This document shows positions 1-10,685 of a DNA stretch of 57,565 nucleotides, one piece after another (the first letter of the stretch is position 1; each line of letters starts with the position of its first letter). The stretch is from Thermoproteota archaeon (GTDB taxonomy: Archaea > Thermoproteota > EX4484-205 > JAAOZP01): the NCBI GenBank assembly GCA_049700215.1, contig JBNAVT010000010.1, positions 1 to 57,565 on the forward strand, read 5' to 3'. The notes beneath the pieces were generated by a model. It ran no database searches and had not been told where the DNA came from. It was given only the letters and a program-made list of their open reading frames with translations. A program made the translations under genes and the position numbers.

Positions 1-2
1 TA

Positions 3-350
3 TCCAATATATTAAGAATTGCAAATGATATATTGCTTAAAAGAGGTCAGTATCCAAAGGATGTACTAAAATCCTCTCTCTTATACATTAGAGAAAAAGC
101 AAAAACTATAGGTGATATTCTGGGCATTATGGATAAGGTTCCATCTGTGGCTTTGAAGGAAATTACATTGCTAAAAGCACAGAGACTCGGGATTGATATT
201 GAGGCTGTAAAGAAGTTGATTGAGGAGAGGGCTTTAGCTCGTAAGGAGAAGAATTTTGCAAAATCGGATGAGATAAGAAACAGACTCCTTGAGATGGGGA
301 TATCTGTTATGGATACACCAGAGGGTACCATCTGGAGGATTGAGAGATGA
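3..350 (+). CDS. cysS: Cysteinyl-tRNA synthetase C-terminus (5' cut by window edge; probably from a different genome)
   Basis: C-terminal anticodon-binding helix pattern ([40 protein letters not shown]). Frame is open from nt 3 and the DNA is AT-rich. A complete cysS is also present at 31864. Confidence 0.85.
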   Translation, partial: SNILRIANDILLKRGQYPKDVLKSSLLYIREKAKTIGDILGIMDKVPSVALKEITLLKAQRLGIDIEAVKKLIEERALARKEKNFAKSDEIRNRLLEMGISVMDTPEGTIWRIER

Positions 351-736
351 AGATTGTAGTTCAGAAATTTGGAGGGTCTTCTGTTGCGGGACCTGAAAAG
401 ATAATGAGGGTTGCGGAAAAGGTAGTGGCAACAAGGAAGAAGGGATATAATGTGGTGGTTGTGGTCTCTGCAATGGGTGATACAACTGATAATCTCTTAA
501 ATCTTGCAAGGAGTGTAAATCCCAATCCTCATAGAAGAGAGCTGGATATGCTGCTGTCTGTTGGTGAGAGAATCAGTATGGCACTTTTATCAATGGCAAT
601 AGGTAAACTTGGCTATGAGGCAATCTCACTTACAGGTTCTCAATCTGGAATTATTACAAATGATAGTCATAACAATGCAAGGATCATTGAGATAAGGCCT
701 TTTAGAATTACAGATGAGCTTGAAAAGGGGAAGATA
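347..736 (+). pseudogene. lysC: Aspartate kinase N-terminal ~130 aa, fused in frame to an unrelated protein
   Basis: [36 protein letters not shown] and [10 protein letters not shown] motifs. The expected IVIVAGFQG after ELEKGK is replaced by IPSGSITE. Confidence 0.85.
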
Positions 737-3700
737 CCGAGCGGCTCGATAACTGAGGCAAGCTTCATCATACCCGAGGGTTTTCCAATAGAGCCCGCTA
801 AGAAGCTCTGGCTCTTCGCAGCCCAGCTCATCTCAATGGGTTGTTCAGATGAGGAGATACGCCGAGCCATAAGGGAGGCAAACGATACCCTAGCGCTTCC
901 GGCGCAAATAAGCTACGAGCTTAAGGATTACACCATAATCCCAAAATACGAGGAAATCCGTGTTGATCGAAACAACGAGGGAGGCATATCCGTACAGGTT
1001 CCTTATTTGGCGGTTGATAACCGTGGAAATGAGGTGGATGCAGGTTCCATAAGATATGAGAGCAACAGGACAAACCTATTCCACATCCTATACAGGTATC
1101 CTAAGAAAAGAACCTACCTGGTTAGGTGCATCGACCCAGACGCGTACATCTTCGCATTTATCGACCTGGGGACAGGCGAGGTTTTCAACAAGACCGCTAG
1201 GGTGAATATAGGGCTATTTTCCAACATGAGCCAAGGTTATTTCACTGAAGGTTTCCTCATCGCCGTTCCAGGTCACTTCGAGGAAGTTCGTGAAGCGGTG
1301 GGATCACAGGTCAGCGAGTTTAGAGTTTTACTTCCAGCATACGATCCAATAGTGGTTGATACTTCCATCTCGTCCACTAGAGTGGGAATCGGGGATACCA
1401 TAACGATAACCGCTCAGATAAGGAACCCTCAGGAGATAAGGGGGAGCTACAGGATTTTATTGGGTGTAAGGTTCTCCGATAGTGACGCATTCGAAGCATG
1501 GGCTTCTCCTCCGGGTTCTCTATATTCGATTGTCCCGCTCTACCTGAAGGCTAAGAAGCCGGGAGTTTACACGATCACGATTTACTTCGCCGTCGTCGAA
1601 CCAGAGAATTTGGATGCCGTGTTTTGGAACGGTGGAAAAACAGCAACATATGTTATTACTGTGCTGCCGGAGCCCCCCAAGCTTAAGATCGAGCTGGAAG
1701 CCCAAGCCTTGGCCAAGTTCGCTAACCTAACCGTAACTTTACTAAACAAAGGGGGACAGGAGGCGAGGGATGTCAAGCTATTCATAACTGGAGACGTTGA
1801 GAACAAGGAACTAGGTGTCAGCATAGTCAGGGGCTCGTGGACTGAAAGCTTAGTGGTGAAGCTACTCTCTCCGATCGCCAGCGTTAACGTCACCGTGGTC
1901 TACCACGACCTTGAGGGAAAAAGATACACGAATACAGCGCTGACAACAATCTCAACCGCGAATTTCGTAACCCCAGAGGAGTGGAGAACCTATGTCGTTG
2001 AGGTTGAGGGCTACGAGGAAACTAAGAGGGTCTTCGTCCCGGGCTACAACGGCGCGACACACGTTAGGCTCTACCTCATGGCCAGCGATGCCATACCTGA
2101 GTGTCTCTCCGGTTTACCTCGAGGATTAAGGTTCATCCCAATCTCGCCGAGCGGTTTCACGCTCACACTCGAGAATGCGAGCAACGTCTCCCAAATAACC
2201 TCCAAGGATCCTAATGTGAGGTACATGCTGGTTGATGTTAAACCAACCTTCCTCTGGGAAAAGGCGATGCGAGAGGATGAGGTGAAGAAGCTCCTTCGTA
2301 TCGATGAGGATGAGACTCTGGAGCCAAGCTGGATACCATCGGGCTACGAGATTAGGCTGCTCAGAGAAGAAGTGCTAAGCCAAAGAGAGGTGGTAACAGT
2401 TACCGACGATTTCTACGAGTGGCTCAAATATAACAATTGGGAGGACTACGGTTACAAGTATGAGGACACTGGGGTTAAGAAATGGGACCTGAACAAGGCC
2501 ACGACGAAGCTTTCTCACGGGAAAACTATGGAATTCCTCTATCGTCCATTAGCATATGGAGGAGGCAATCTAGTCCAGGGATTACTCGTCAAGAACTATG
2601 CTGCAATGGATATGGAGTACAGGCTCGAGGTCCTCAGCGGGCCGATAGCGGAGATACAGCCGGATTGCTCCATCATCAACGTCCCGGCTCACGGTAGCGT
2701 CCCGCTAAACCTCGTTCAGCTGGAGGACGCAAGGTTTCCAGTCCTCCTCTCCCTGAAATATGGGGACAGGGTCATAGCATCATTATGGGTGCATTCTACA
2801 GGTGGCAAGGTTTCCGAGTTCTGGAGCGGCTTCTGGGATGGAGTTAAGGAAAGGGCTCCCGGAATAATCCTAACGACAGCGATACTCATAATACTTGCAG
2901 TGCCAACTGGGGGAAGCTCGCTCTTGGCAGAGGTGAAGGCCCTCCTCGCCTCAGCGGTGATTCCCAGCTTAATGGCCATCGGCATAGCTTCGAACATCAG
3001 GGAGATCTTCGAAGCCTATTCGATCTACACAAAGATGGATGAGGTCGCCGAGGTCTTCGAAGGGTATTCTCAGAGGGCTGCGTACGCAGGCTACTTTGAT
3101 TCCCACTTATTCTTCCAAGTCCTAAAGAGCAGAATTAGAGAAGGCCAGGGGCTCGTGGTTGGAAGCACTGCATTAGACCTCCTTACCGACGTGACGATAA
3201 GGGATATCTTCATAACCTTTTGAAAAGAGGATGCGACGGAGTATGAGAAGGGGAAGGCAACAGGAAGACTCGTCGGAGCGGCACTGTCCTTCATCACCTA
3301 CTCAGCCACATATTACAGGTTCCTAAGCGAAGGGCCAAAGCTCCTCTCTTGGGGAGGAAAGATAAAGGCATTCCTGAAGGGAGTCTATAATTGGATAAGC
3401 CCCTCAATATGGGATTTAGGAGTCATCGCGGGAAAGCTGACGGCGCGCGCGCTTAAGTGCTGAGGAACTCGAAGGTTTGAGGAAAGCGATTGTTGAACTT
3501 GGAAGCTTCGAAGACGGGCTTAAACTTTTCGATATTTACTTCATGATTGCAGGGCTGAGTATTTGGGGAAAAGCACAGTTTCTCGACGGGCTCGGCACCA
3601 TAGCGGAGAAGTCGAAGGAAGCTATGGAAAGCGTCATCGAATGGTTGAGCAAGCTCGAGGAGGCGGAGCTGAAGGACGTTATAACTTTAGGGATAATAAG

Positions 3701-5317
3701 CAAGATTAGCACGCTGGACGAGAACGGGCTGAGGAACATTGCCATCGCCCTTGAAGACCCGCGGATAGCGATGGAGCTTGCGGGAGAATACGAGTCGTTG
3801 TCTAAGGTCCTTCCGAAGCTGAGGGGAGCAAACTATTACGAGTTTAGAGATAGGAGGGTTGGTAGGGGAGGACACATATATCTTGGGAAGGAGATAGAAG
3901 CTGGAGATTACAGGATCATAGCCAAGGTGAAAATCGATGGGGAGATAAAAACTATAAGCTGGACGAAAATGAGGGGGGCGGAGGAAAATTATTATATCGA
4001 TTACATCTATGTTCCAAAGAAACTTAGAGATGACCTGGGCATATGTGGAGGGGAAACGGTACTCACGCTCCAGATAGTTAAATACATACCTGAATTCTAT
4101 TTCCCAAGGTCGTTCAGGGATGGCATATTCGTTCTCGACTTCACTGACGAAAAACTGAAAATAGGAGGTGAACTGGTGGATTCTTCGCGGTTCGACCCGG
4201 ATGAGATGTTCAGGGATACTGGCAAAGGCCTTGGCATAACCGTGGAGACAGGAATTAGGAGCACCATCGGAACAGGAAGCCCATTAATGCTCAGGCTATA
4301 CGAGGATGGCTCAATCAGCTTCGTGAAGAGAACAGTAGCCGGGGAGACGGTGGATAACGTTGACGCGATATCCTTGAAAAACACGCTTGAAGAACTCTCG
4401 CTTAAAGAGGGGGGCGTCGAAAGAGTCGTGAGGCTTAAGGAAGGAGAAATACTCTACTTGGAGATGGAGGTACATGGTCACAAATACATATTCCCGATTA
4501 AAACGCTAAGCTACCGGGAGGCGAAGGACTATAAGATATACGTTGATGCTGAAGGTGGAAAGACTACGGCGCTCCTCACATACCTCAAGATAATATTCGG
4601 CTGTGATGCGATTGATGAGATACAGAGGAAAATGGAGGCTGGAGAGTTGAAGCTTGTCGCAACGCTGGAAGATGAAACGAAAGTAACAACCAGAGGACCG
4701 AGAATGGAGATCACAAACGAAGGTTTAGACATTGTTTCAATAGGTTTTTACTCGCCTAAATTAGAGCCGAGACTTACGTTAGAAGAAGCGTATAACTATC
4801 TTAAAAGAATTGGAATAAAAGACGAGTTAATCAACAAGGTCGTCGAGGAATACATCGAGTTCATGGGATATAGTGCAGAGGAAGTTGAAAGCAGAATTGG
4901 AGGAGATATAAACTACTTGGGTGACTACGGCGAATGGATACTAATTGAACACGATGCTCCGAGAGTTACAGGAATAAAGTACAGGGTCTATTTAAACGGT
5001 AAATTGCGTATCGCAGATATTGTGGAAACGGATAGTGTAGTTGAAGTAAAATACTGGAGGAGCAAAGAATCGTATGAAATCTGGTTTGAAAACCCTGTAG
5101 CATTTAATGATTTTGTTAACGATTTGAGGGGAGACAAATATGTTATGGAGAAAAACGGGTTAAGAAAAGTATGTCTTGTTTTTGTAAGAAGGTTTTGAAC
5201 GACGCTACGTTCAACTACTACATGCAAAAGTTGAGGGATGCCTTAGGAGGAGATACGAGCTGGCTTGAAACATTCAATGGCTTTGAAGAATATAAATCGA
5301 AGTATTCGGGGAGATAA
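716..5317 (+). pseudogene. Disrupted paralog of the giant secreted polymorphic-toxin-like protein, with a C-terminal PD-(D/E)xK-like domain
   Basis: Clearly colinear with 51783-56645 from ELEKGKIPS to EFWSGFWDG. Defects: in-frame TGA at 3221, frame change at a (GC)5 tract at 3443-3452, and a frameshift near 5180 (the alternative frame continues KVLNDATFNYY...SGR* to 5317). The C-terminus has GDYGE...IADIV...VVEVK. Confidence 0.75.
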
Positions 5318-5326
5318 AGCCCGCGC

Positions 5327-5914
5327 CTAGTAGACGTATAATTCCCAGCCTCTTTCCTTCCTTAGCTTCTCAGCCTCTCCGAGTGTAAGTACAACTACAA
5401 AAGCAAATTGCCCAGTACCGCCTATAAGATAATACTGATAGCCAGTCTCTTTAATTACCGCGTTAAGCTGAGAAAGAAGGTGCCCTAGGTCTAAAAAGTC
5501 TCCGCCATGGTAATAGCAGTATCCAACAAAGTATCTTCTACCGTTAAAGGTGAAATGAACTCCTGGGCGTTTCCAATTGTCTCTTCCCCATTTTATATCT
5601 GTTGGTTGGAAGATCCCCTTGGAAATTTGAGCAAACTCCATCAAGATTCTTACCTCATCCTCCGGAGAAGGATGATATCCAAATTCGAGATCTCTTCCCC
5701 ATATCCTTTTTGAATCATGGACCACGAGGAAGCGGTCTATCTCGAAAGTGCTCTCATTCATCCAATCATCTTCCTTCAGATTTTTCAATATGATACTCTT
5801 CTCCCTCATCTTCTCGAATATCTCTTCATCAGTCAGGTTGGAATAGTCTTCGAAGAAACCGAGCTTCCTAAGGTATGAGATGGATTCGATGAAGCGCCGC
5901 CTAGCACTACTCAT
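5327..5914 (-). CDS. Hypothetical protein, immunity-protein-like (C-terminus resembles DUF6630)
   Basis: 195 aa from ATG 5914 with TTTTAAAA upstream. C-terminus LNAVIKETGYQYYLIGGTGQFAFVVVLT. Convergent with the toxin paralog. Confidence 0.5.
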   Translation of the reverse strand: MSSARRRFIESISYLRKLGFFEDYSNLTDEEIFEKMREKSIILKNLKEDDWMNESTFEIDRFLVVHDSKRIWGRDLEFGYHPSPEDEVRILMEFAQISKGIFQPTDIKWGRDNWKRPGVHFTFNGRRYFVGYCYYHGGDFLDLGHLLSQLNAVIKETGYQYYLIGGTGQFAFVVVLTLGEAEKLRKERGWELYVY

Positions 5915-6304
5915 TATCCCTATAGTATGAAGAAGCGGTTCTTTTAAAAATTCCCATGGTGTGAACCGCAAGAAGGATTGGTTCGGGAGCCGCCCACGCT
6001 GAATATGCTTCTGGTTTATTTCCTTGTGGAGACAGTTTAGTAAAAGAAAGAGGAATAGACACCTTATCCGCTGGCTGGTTGGTAACCACATGCTTGCAGC
6101 AGGCCCTAGGAATAACTGGCCTATCTATGTGCATTGACGATAAAATCAACATGTATAACTGCTGGAATCAAACGCGTGCTAGAGCCAGTCTATCGGCCGG
6201 AGAAGCTGGGTTCTTACCGAGGAACCCCTGTTATTGCCGGGGGAATGTTTAAAAGCAAGTCTCCACACTATCCTCTCAGGAAAAAAGGAAAGGGGTGATG
6301 AAAG

Positions 6305-6478
6305 TTAGTCACTCATGGCAATATAACACTCGCGGGCAAGGTTCGTAGTCTTACTCCTAAGGTTGCGGCTCGTGAGCGTGCTCCTGATATGCCGCGTAGG
6401 AGGGTTAGGAGTATTTATCGTAAGAGGGTTGTTTTGAATCGTCAGCCTGGCCAGATTTGGAAGCAGATGCGTGTTTAG
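6305..6478 (+). CDS. rps30e: 30S ribosomal protein eS30 (missing from the ORF track; the start position reads TTA)
   Basis: Translates (L)VTHGNITLAGKVRSLTPKVAARERAPDMPRRRVRSIYRKRVVLNRQPGQIWKQMRV*, matching the eS30 signature HG.{3}AGKVR..TPK. A GGGGTGA RBS lies just upstream. Confidence 0.85.
   Translation, partial: LVTHGNITLAGKVRSLTPKVAARERAPDMPRRRVRSIYRKRVVLNRQPGQIWKQMRV
6355..6478 (+). repeat. 124-bp direct repeat, copy 1 (3' part of rps30e)
   Basis: Matches 7803-7926 with 2 mismatches by eye. Confidence 0.95.
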
Positions 6479-6589
6479 ATATTTCTATATTTCTCTAAAC
6501 TAGTCTTTACTAGCTCCTTGTTCACTTCGTTCAACATTTGTTTTTGCTTTTTCGTCTTCCTGTTTTTCAAGCAATATTCCTGTGAACTT

Positions 6590-6690
6590 ATTAAACATGC
6601 AAGCCTCTTTATCTAGTGATTTTTAAACCAGCCTTATCAAGTATTTTAACCGGTTTCTGGGGCTTACTGGAGTGATTTTACTCGGGGATG
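6590..6690 (-). pseudogene. Degraded HicA-like toxin remnant
   Basis: Broken frames read SKITPVSPR / VKILDKAGLKITR*RG, directly downstream of a HicB-like ORF. Confidence 0.4.
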
Positions 6691-6845
6691 CTCACTCTTT
6701 GGATTCCGAAAACCCTTTGCTCTAACAGCTCTCTCTTCTCATCCTCTTCAAGGGTTTCGGCCTGTGTATGGCAGCCCGGTAATGATGGCATGGAAGCAAC
6801 ATATTCGCCTGTATCGTCTTCAATTATTACTGCATCAAACTCCAA
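6678..6845 (-). pseudogene. HicB-family antitoxin, short and probably internally deleted
   Basis: MEFDAVIIEDDTGEYVASMPSLPGCHTQAETLEE... has the HicB LPGCHTQ motif, but the usual following helix seems to be missing. Confidence 0.7.
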
Positions 6846-7012
6846 AACTATAACTAGAATAATGCAGCAACCTCTTTTGAACGTTTTTCTAGAGAGTTGT
6901 GTTTTCGTCTTTCCTTAGCATTCTGACCTGGTTTCTACGGGTTGGTCCTATGGCTCATGCTAAGATAGATTTGGGCTTCTTGAAGATGGATGCCTGCTAG
7001 CTTTAAAGAAAA

Positions 7013-7366
7013 TCAGAGGTTTCTCTTTAAACTCTCCAGAATATTCTGAATCGGTTTTTTAAGAGGAGGAATATCCTCTGTTGCTGTCTTCCATAAAATT
7101 TCTATATCGATTCCAAAGTATTCATGAATTAATTTATCTCTCATTCCTGCCATTTTCTTCCATGGGACCTCCTTATGCCTGTTTTTTATTATCTTTGGGA
7201 TATTCTTCGTCGCCTCCCCTATGACTTCGATGCTTCTCACTACAGCGTTTATCGTTTTCTTATCTTTCTTAAACTCGTCGAAACTCATGCTTCCAATAAA
7301 GCTCTCAATGTCATTAATAGAGTCGAGGATATCCTTAAGATAGTCTTGATAATAGCGCTTCTTCAT
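7013..7366 (-). CDS. HEPN (DUF86/HepT) ribonuclease toxin
   Basis: RSIEVIGEA and GMRDKLIHEY (RxxxxH) motifs. Confidence 0.92.
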   Translation of the reverse strand: MKKRYYQDYLKDILDSINDIESFIGSMSFDEFKKDKKTINAVVRSIEVIGEATKNIPKIIKNRHKEVPWKKMAGMRDKLIHEYFGIDIEILWKTATEDIPPLKKPIQNILESLKRNL

Positions 7367-7659
7367 ACGTAGACTACTTCCTTTAAAATATGCTCGCCAA
7401 TTCTCGGCTTCAACGCCTTTTTCGATACAAGGTCGACTTTTATACCAAGCAGATTCGATAAATATTCTTCCAAGTCCATGAATTCAAAAAGCCCCACGGG
7501 CTCTTCAAACTCGACCAATATGTCAACATCACTGCCTCTTTTCTTCTGCTCCCCCCTAACATAAGAACCGAAGACCCCTATCTCCTTCACTTTGAATCTT
7601 TCCACGAGTTCTTCTTTATGTTCAGTTAATATCTTCTTTATTTCCTCTATTTTCTCCAT
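7363..7659 (-). CDS. Minimal nucleotidyltransferase (MNT) antitoxin
   Basis: FGSYVRGE...SDVDILV. Overlaps the HEPN gene by 4 nt. Confidence 0.92.
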   Translation of the reverse strand: MEKIEEIKKILTEHKEELVERFKVKEIGVFGSYVRGEQKKRGSDVDILVEFEEPVGLFEFMDLEEYLSNLLGIKVDLVSKKALKPRIGEHILKEVVYV

Positions 7660-7802
7660 GCCTCCTTCTTAATTGAGATCAGGGAACCTGACCTTTTAAG
7701 CGTTTTATCTATTCGACGCTTGGAGAATTAGCACGCGCATTCGCAGGATTAAGCCTGCTGTTTCATCCAGGTTCCTTCTAATAGTGGTATAATGTGCACT
7801 CA

Positions 7803-7926
7803 TCCTAGGGTTGCGGCTCGGGAGCGTGCTCCTGATATGCCGCGTAGGAGGGTTAGGAGTATTTATCGTAAGAGGGTTGTTTTGAATCGTCAGCCTGGCC
7901 AGATTTGGAAGCAGATGCGTGTTTAG
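7803..7926 (+). repeat. 124-bp direct repeat, copy 2 (headless rps30e 3' end; att-like)
   Basis: Near-identical to 6355-6478, ends at the rps30e stop codon, and lacks the 5' part of the gene. Confidence 0.95.
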
Positions 7927-8089
7927 TTGTTAGATATTTAGGTTTTTACTGTTTTTAATAATCTGCGTTGTACAGTTCTCTTTGAACTGGTTTTGATGCT
8001 TTTGAGGAGAGAAGCGTTTTCGATCTTTTACTGTGTTGCGAGAAGGGTGAGACGGCTGAATTTCTCGGATCTTTCAGCTCTTTGTTTAG

Positions 8090-8123
8090 AAAAGCTTATA
8101 TGCTAGTAATACATACGTATGTA
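8090..8123 (+). promoter_or_regulatory. TATA box plus palindromic operator of a TA operon
   Basis: AAAAGCTTATAT followed by the perfect palindrome TACATACGTATGTA (8110-8123). Confidence 0.6.
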
Positions 8124-8136
8124 CGGATGTACGTAT

Positions 8137-8421
8137 ATGAGTAGGAGGAAGCTTACTCTGAGCATCGATGAAAACCTGATCAGGGAGATTAAGGCAATAT
8201 TGGCTAGTGAGGGATCGAGTTTAAGCAGTGTCGTCGAGGAGTTTCTGGGTTCTCTGACGTCGAGATGGCTGGAGGAGATGGCTGAGGATTTAGGCTTAGG
8301 AAGTTTAGACCCGCTTGACCCGGCTGACATACCTGGTTCAAGGCCGGAAGGATATGATTCTGCTAAACTAATCAGGGAGCTTAGGGAGCAGAGGTCTTCT
8401 GCGGCGGGTGCTTTATTTTGA
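8137..8421 (+). CDS. Ribbon-helix-helix-type antitoxin (DUF6364-like)
   Basis: RKLTLSIDENLIREIK...SLSSVVEEFL. Overlaps the PIN gene. Confidence 0.75.
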   Translation: MSRRKLTLSIDENLIREIKAILASEGSSLSSVVEEFLGSLTSRWLEEMAEDLGLGSLDPLDPADIPGSRPEGYDSAKLIRELREQRSSAAGALF

Positions 8422-8861
8422 GTGAACGTTACTACTTGGATACGAGTGCCATCGTTAAGAGATATGTTAAAGAGCATGGAAGCCAGAGGGTAGACGACCT
8501 GTTTAACAAGGCGCATAAGGGTTCAGCAGTAATAGTCTTCTCATACTGGAACGTTGGCGAAGCAGCCGTGGTGTTCGACAAGTATGGTGAAAAACTGGGG
8601 TTGAAGAGCGCTGAAGTTTTTAGGACGATGCTGAGAGAGCTCAGAATGCTTTTCAGGGCGCGCTCCGCGATAATGGTTAACGTGACTCCGAAAACCGTAA
8701 GGGAATCCGTGAAGCTTGTTTTCAAACACCATCTTTATGTTGCTGATGCTGTTCAAATAGTGTCCGCGAAGCAGGCGGGTGCGCATAAGCTTGTAACCGG
8801 TGATAGGAAGCTTGCTGAAGTATCTGTGACTGAGGGTCTGGAAACACTGTGTTTAGCCTAG
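8418..8861 (+). CDS. vapC: PIN-domain VapC toxin
   Basis: YYLDTSAIVKRY, LYVADAVQI and LVTGDRKL motifs. Confidence 0.9.
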   Translation: MSERYYLDTSAIVKRYVKEHGSQRVDDLFNKAHKGSAVIVFSYWNVGEAAVVFDKYGEKLGLKSAEVFRTMLRELRMLFRARSAIMVNVTPKTVRESVKLVFKHHLYVADAVQIVSAKQAGAHKLVTGDRKLAEVSVTEGLETLCLA

Positions 8862-9032
8862 GCTATCTTAGACGGATTAGGGAAGAATTCTCCAGAGGCT
8901 TTGCCAAGTCTTTAACGAGGGTTTTCTGGCTGCGAGTAACCCGCTTAATAATACGCGTATCATCTCCTCCCCACCCGGCTGCTGCAAATTTAATAAGCCT
9001 GGCGGTTTCCAGTAGTTAAGCGCCGAGCTGGA

Positions 9033-10631
9033 ATGGCGTCTAGGGAAACGATTAAGACGAGCGACTACTGGGCTGCCTGCAGAGAGATCGCTAGGCTGCT
9101 TGCTTCTGAGAAGCATGTTGACAGGCGGATGGTTCAAAGGGTTAAGCTCAAGGCTTCTTCAAGGTTCAGGCTTCCAATGGTTCCTTCTAACAGCGATATC
9201 CTCGCTAGTGCTCCGGAGAGCCTTAGGGAGAGGCTTAAGAGCATTCTGACGGTTAAGCCCTCCAGGAGCTCCTCAGGCGTGGTTGTTGTTGCAGCCATGA
9301 CTGCGCCGATGCCCTGTCCCCACGGCAGGTGCTTCTACTGCCCTGGAGGCCCCTCCAGGAATACTCCTCAGAGCTACACTGGGCTTGAGCCGGCTGCGAT
9401 GAGGGCTATTCAGAACGATTATGATCCTTTCAAACAGGTTTCCCAGAGGATTAGGCAGCTTGAGGCCGCTGGGCATGCTGTGCAGAAGGCTGAGCTGATA
9501 ATAATGGGTGGAACGTTTCCCGCCGCCCCCCTGGAATACCAGGAGCGCTTCGTCAAGGGCTGCTTCGACGCTTTGAACGGCTGTGCGTCAAGCTCCATGG
9601 AGGAGGCTCACAGGCTCAACGAGTCTTCAAGAGTAAGATGCGTAGGTCTAACTGTTGAGACGAGGCCCGACTACTGCGGGGAGGAGCATGTCGACGCTAT
9701 GCTTAAAATGGGTGTTACAAGGGTTGAAATAGGTGTTCAAACGCTTAGAGACGGTGTTCTGAGTCTTGTTAAAAGGGGGCATAGCGTCGAGGATACTGTC
9801 AACGCTTTCAGGGTTGCCAGGGACGCTGGCTTGAAGATTGTTGCACACATGATGCCTGGGCTGCCGGGCCTCAGCGTTGAGGAATCTATTGAAGACTTTA
9901 AAACCCTTTTTTTCGATGAAAGGTTTAGGCCGGACATGATTAAGATCTATCCTACTCTGGTTGTCGAGGGAACTGGGCTTTACGATGCTTGGGCCAAGGG
10001 GGAGTATAGGCCGCTTGAAGACGAGGAGGCTGCTCAACTCGTAGCCAGGGTTCTAGAGTTTACTCCGCCATGGGTGAGGGTTATGAGGGTTCAGAGGGAT
10101 ATTCCTGCGTACGCTATTGCCGCCGGCGTTAAGAAGAGTAACCTGAGGGAGCTCGCCCACAGGGTTCTTGAATCAAAGGGGGTTAGGTGCCGCTGCATAA
10201 GGTGTAGAGAAGCAGGGTTCGCGAAGACTAAGGCTAGCCCTGAGAACATTAGGCTTGTCGTGAGAAGCTACGGGGCTTCTGAAGGAGTGGAGTACTTCCT
10301 AAGCTTCGAGGATGTTGAGAACGATGTGCTACTGGCCTACCTGAGGCTAAGAGAACCCTCTGGAAAGGCACATAGGCCAGAGGTTAAGGAGGCGCGTTCA
10401 ATGATAGTTAGGGAGTTGAAGGCTCTTGGGAGAGCCCTGCCGCTTAAAGCTAGAAGCGGCGAGTCATGGCAGCACAGGGGCCTAGGTGCTAGGCTGATGG
10501 CTGAAGCCGAGGAGTTGGCTAGGGAAAACGGCGCCCGCAAGATGCTCGTGATATCGGCTGTCGGCGTAAGGGAATACTACAGGAGGCTAGGCTACTTTTT
10601 CGACGGCACCTACATGGTTAAAAACCTGTGA
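9033..10631 (+). CDS. elp3: tRNA U34 carboxymethylation radical-SAM/GNAT enzyme Elp3
   Basis: CPHGRCFYCPGG, QSYTGLEPA, ETRPDYC, RVQRDIP, QHRGLG and VISAVGVREYY. Confidence 0.95.
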   Translation: MASRETIKTSDYWAACREIARLLASEKHVDRRMVQRVKLKASSRFRLPMVPSNSDILASAPESLRERLKSILTVKPSRSSSGVVVVAAMTAPMPCPHGRCFYCPGGPSRNTPQSYTGLEPAAMRAIQNDYDPFKQVSQRIRQLEAAGHAVQKAELIIMGGTFPAAPLEYQERFVKGCFDALNGCASSSMEEAHRLNESSRVRCVGLTVETRPDYCGEEHVDAMLKMGVTRVEIGVQTLRDGVLSLVKRGHSVEDTVNAFRVARDAGLKIVAHMMPGLPGLSVEESIEDFKTLFFDERFRPDMIKIYPTLVVEGTGLYDAWAKGEYRPLEDEEAAQLVARVLEFTPPWVRVMRVQRDIPAYAIAAGVKKSNLRELAHRVLESKGVRCRCIRCREAGFAKTKASPENIRLVVRSYGASEGVEYFLSFEDVENDVLLAYLRLREPSGKAHRPEVKEARSMIVRELKALGRALPLKARSGESWQHRGLGARLMAEAEELARENGARKMLVISAVGVREYYRRLGYFFDGTYMVKNL

Positions 10632-10643
10632 ATAGCGCGCTAT
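10632..10643. repeat. TA(GC)nTA palindromic junction motif
   Basis: Perfect palindrome ATAGCGCGCTAT immediately after the elp3 stop. Confidence 0.8.
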
Positions 10644-10685
10644 AAATGTTGCAACGCTCAATACGCTTGATGATGCTTAACGAGG

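Noticed and set aside
347-3223. 958-aa ORF as a real aspartokinase-surface protein fusion
   Set aside because: The kinase domain is incomplete, the junction is a 21-nt microhomology, and the rest is paralogous to a separate gene.
3221-3223. In-frame TGA as selenocysteine or recoding
   Set aside because: The same gene has two other lesions, there is no Cys-like context, and a GGA>TGA mutation is simpler.
6185-6250. Possible second IS200/IS605 right-end remnant or hairpin after the 6172 motif
   Set aside because: Too degenerate to support.
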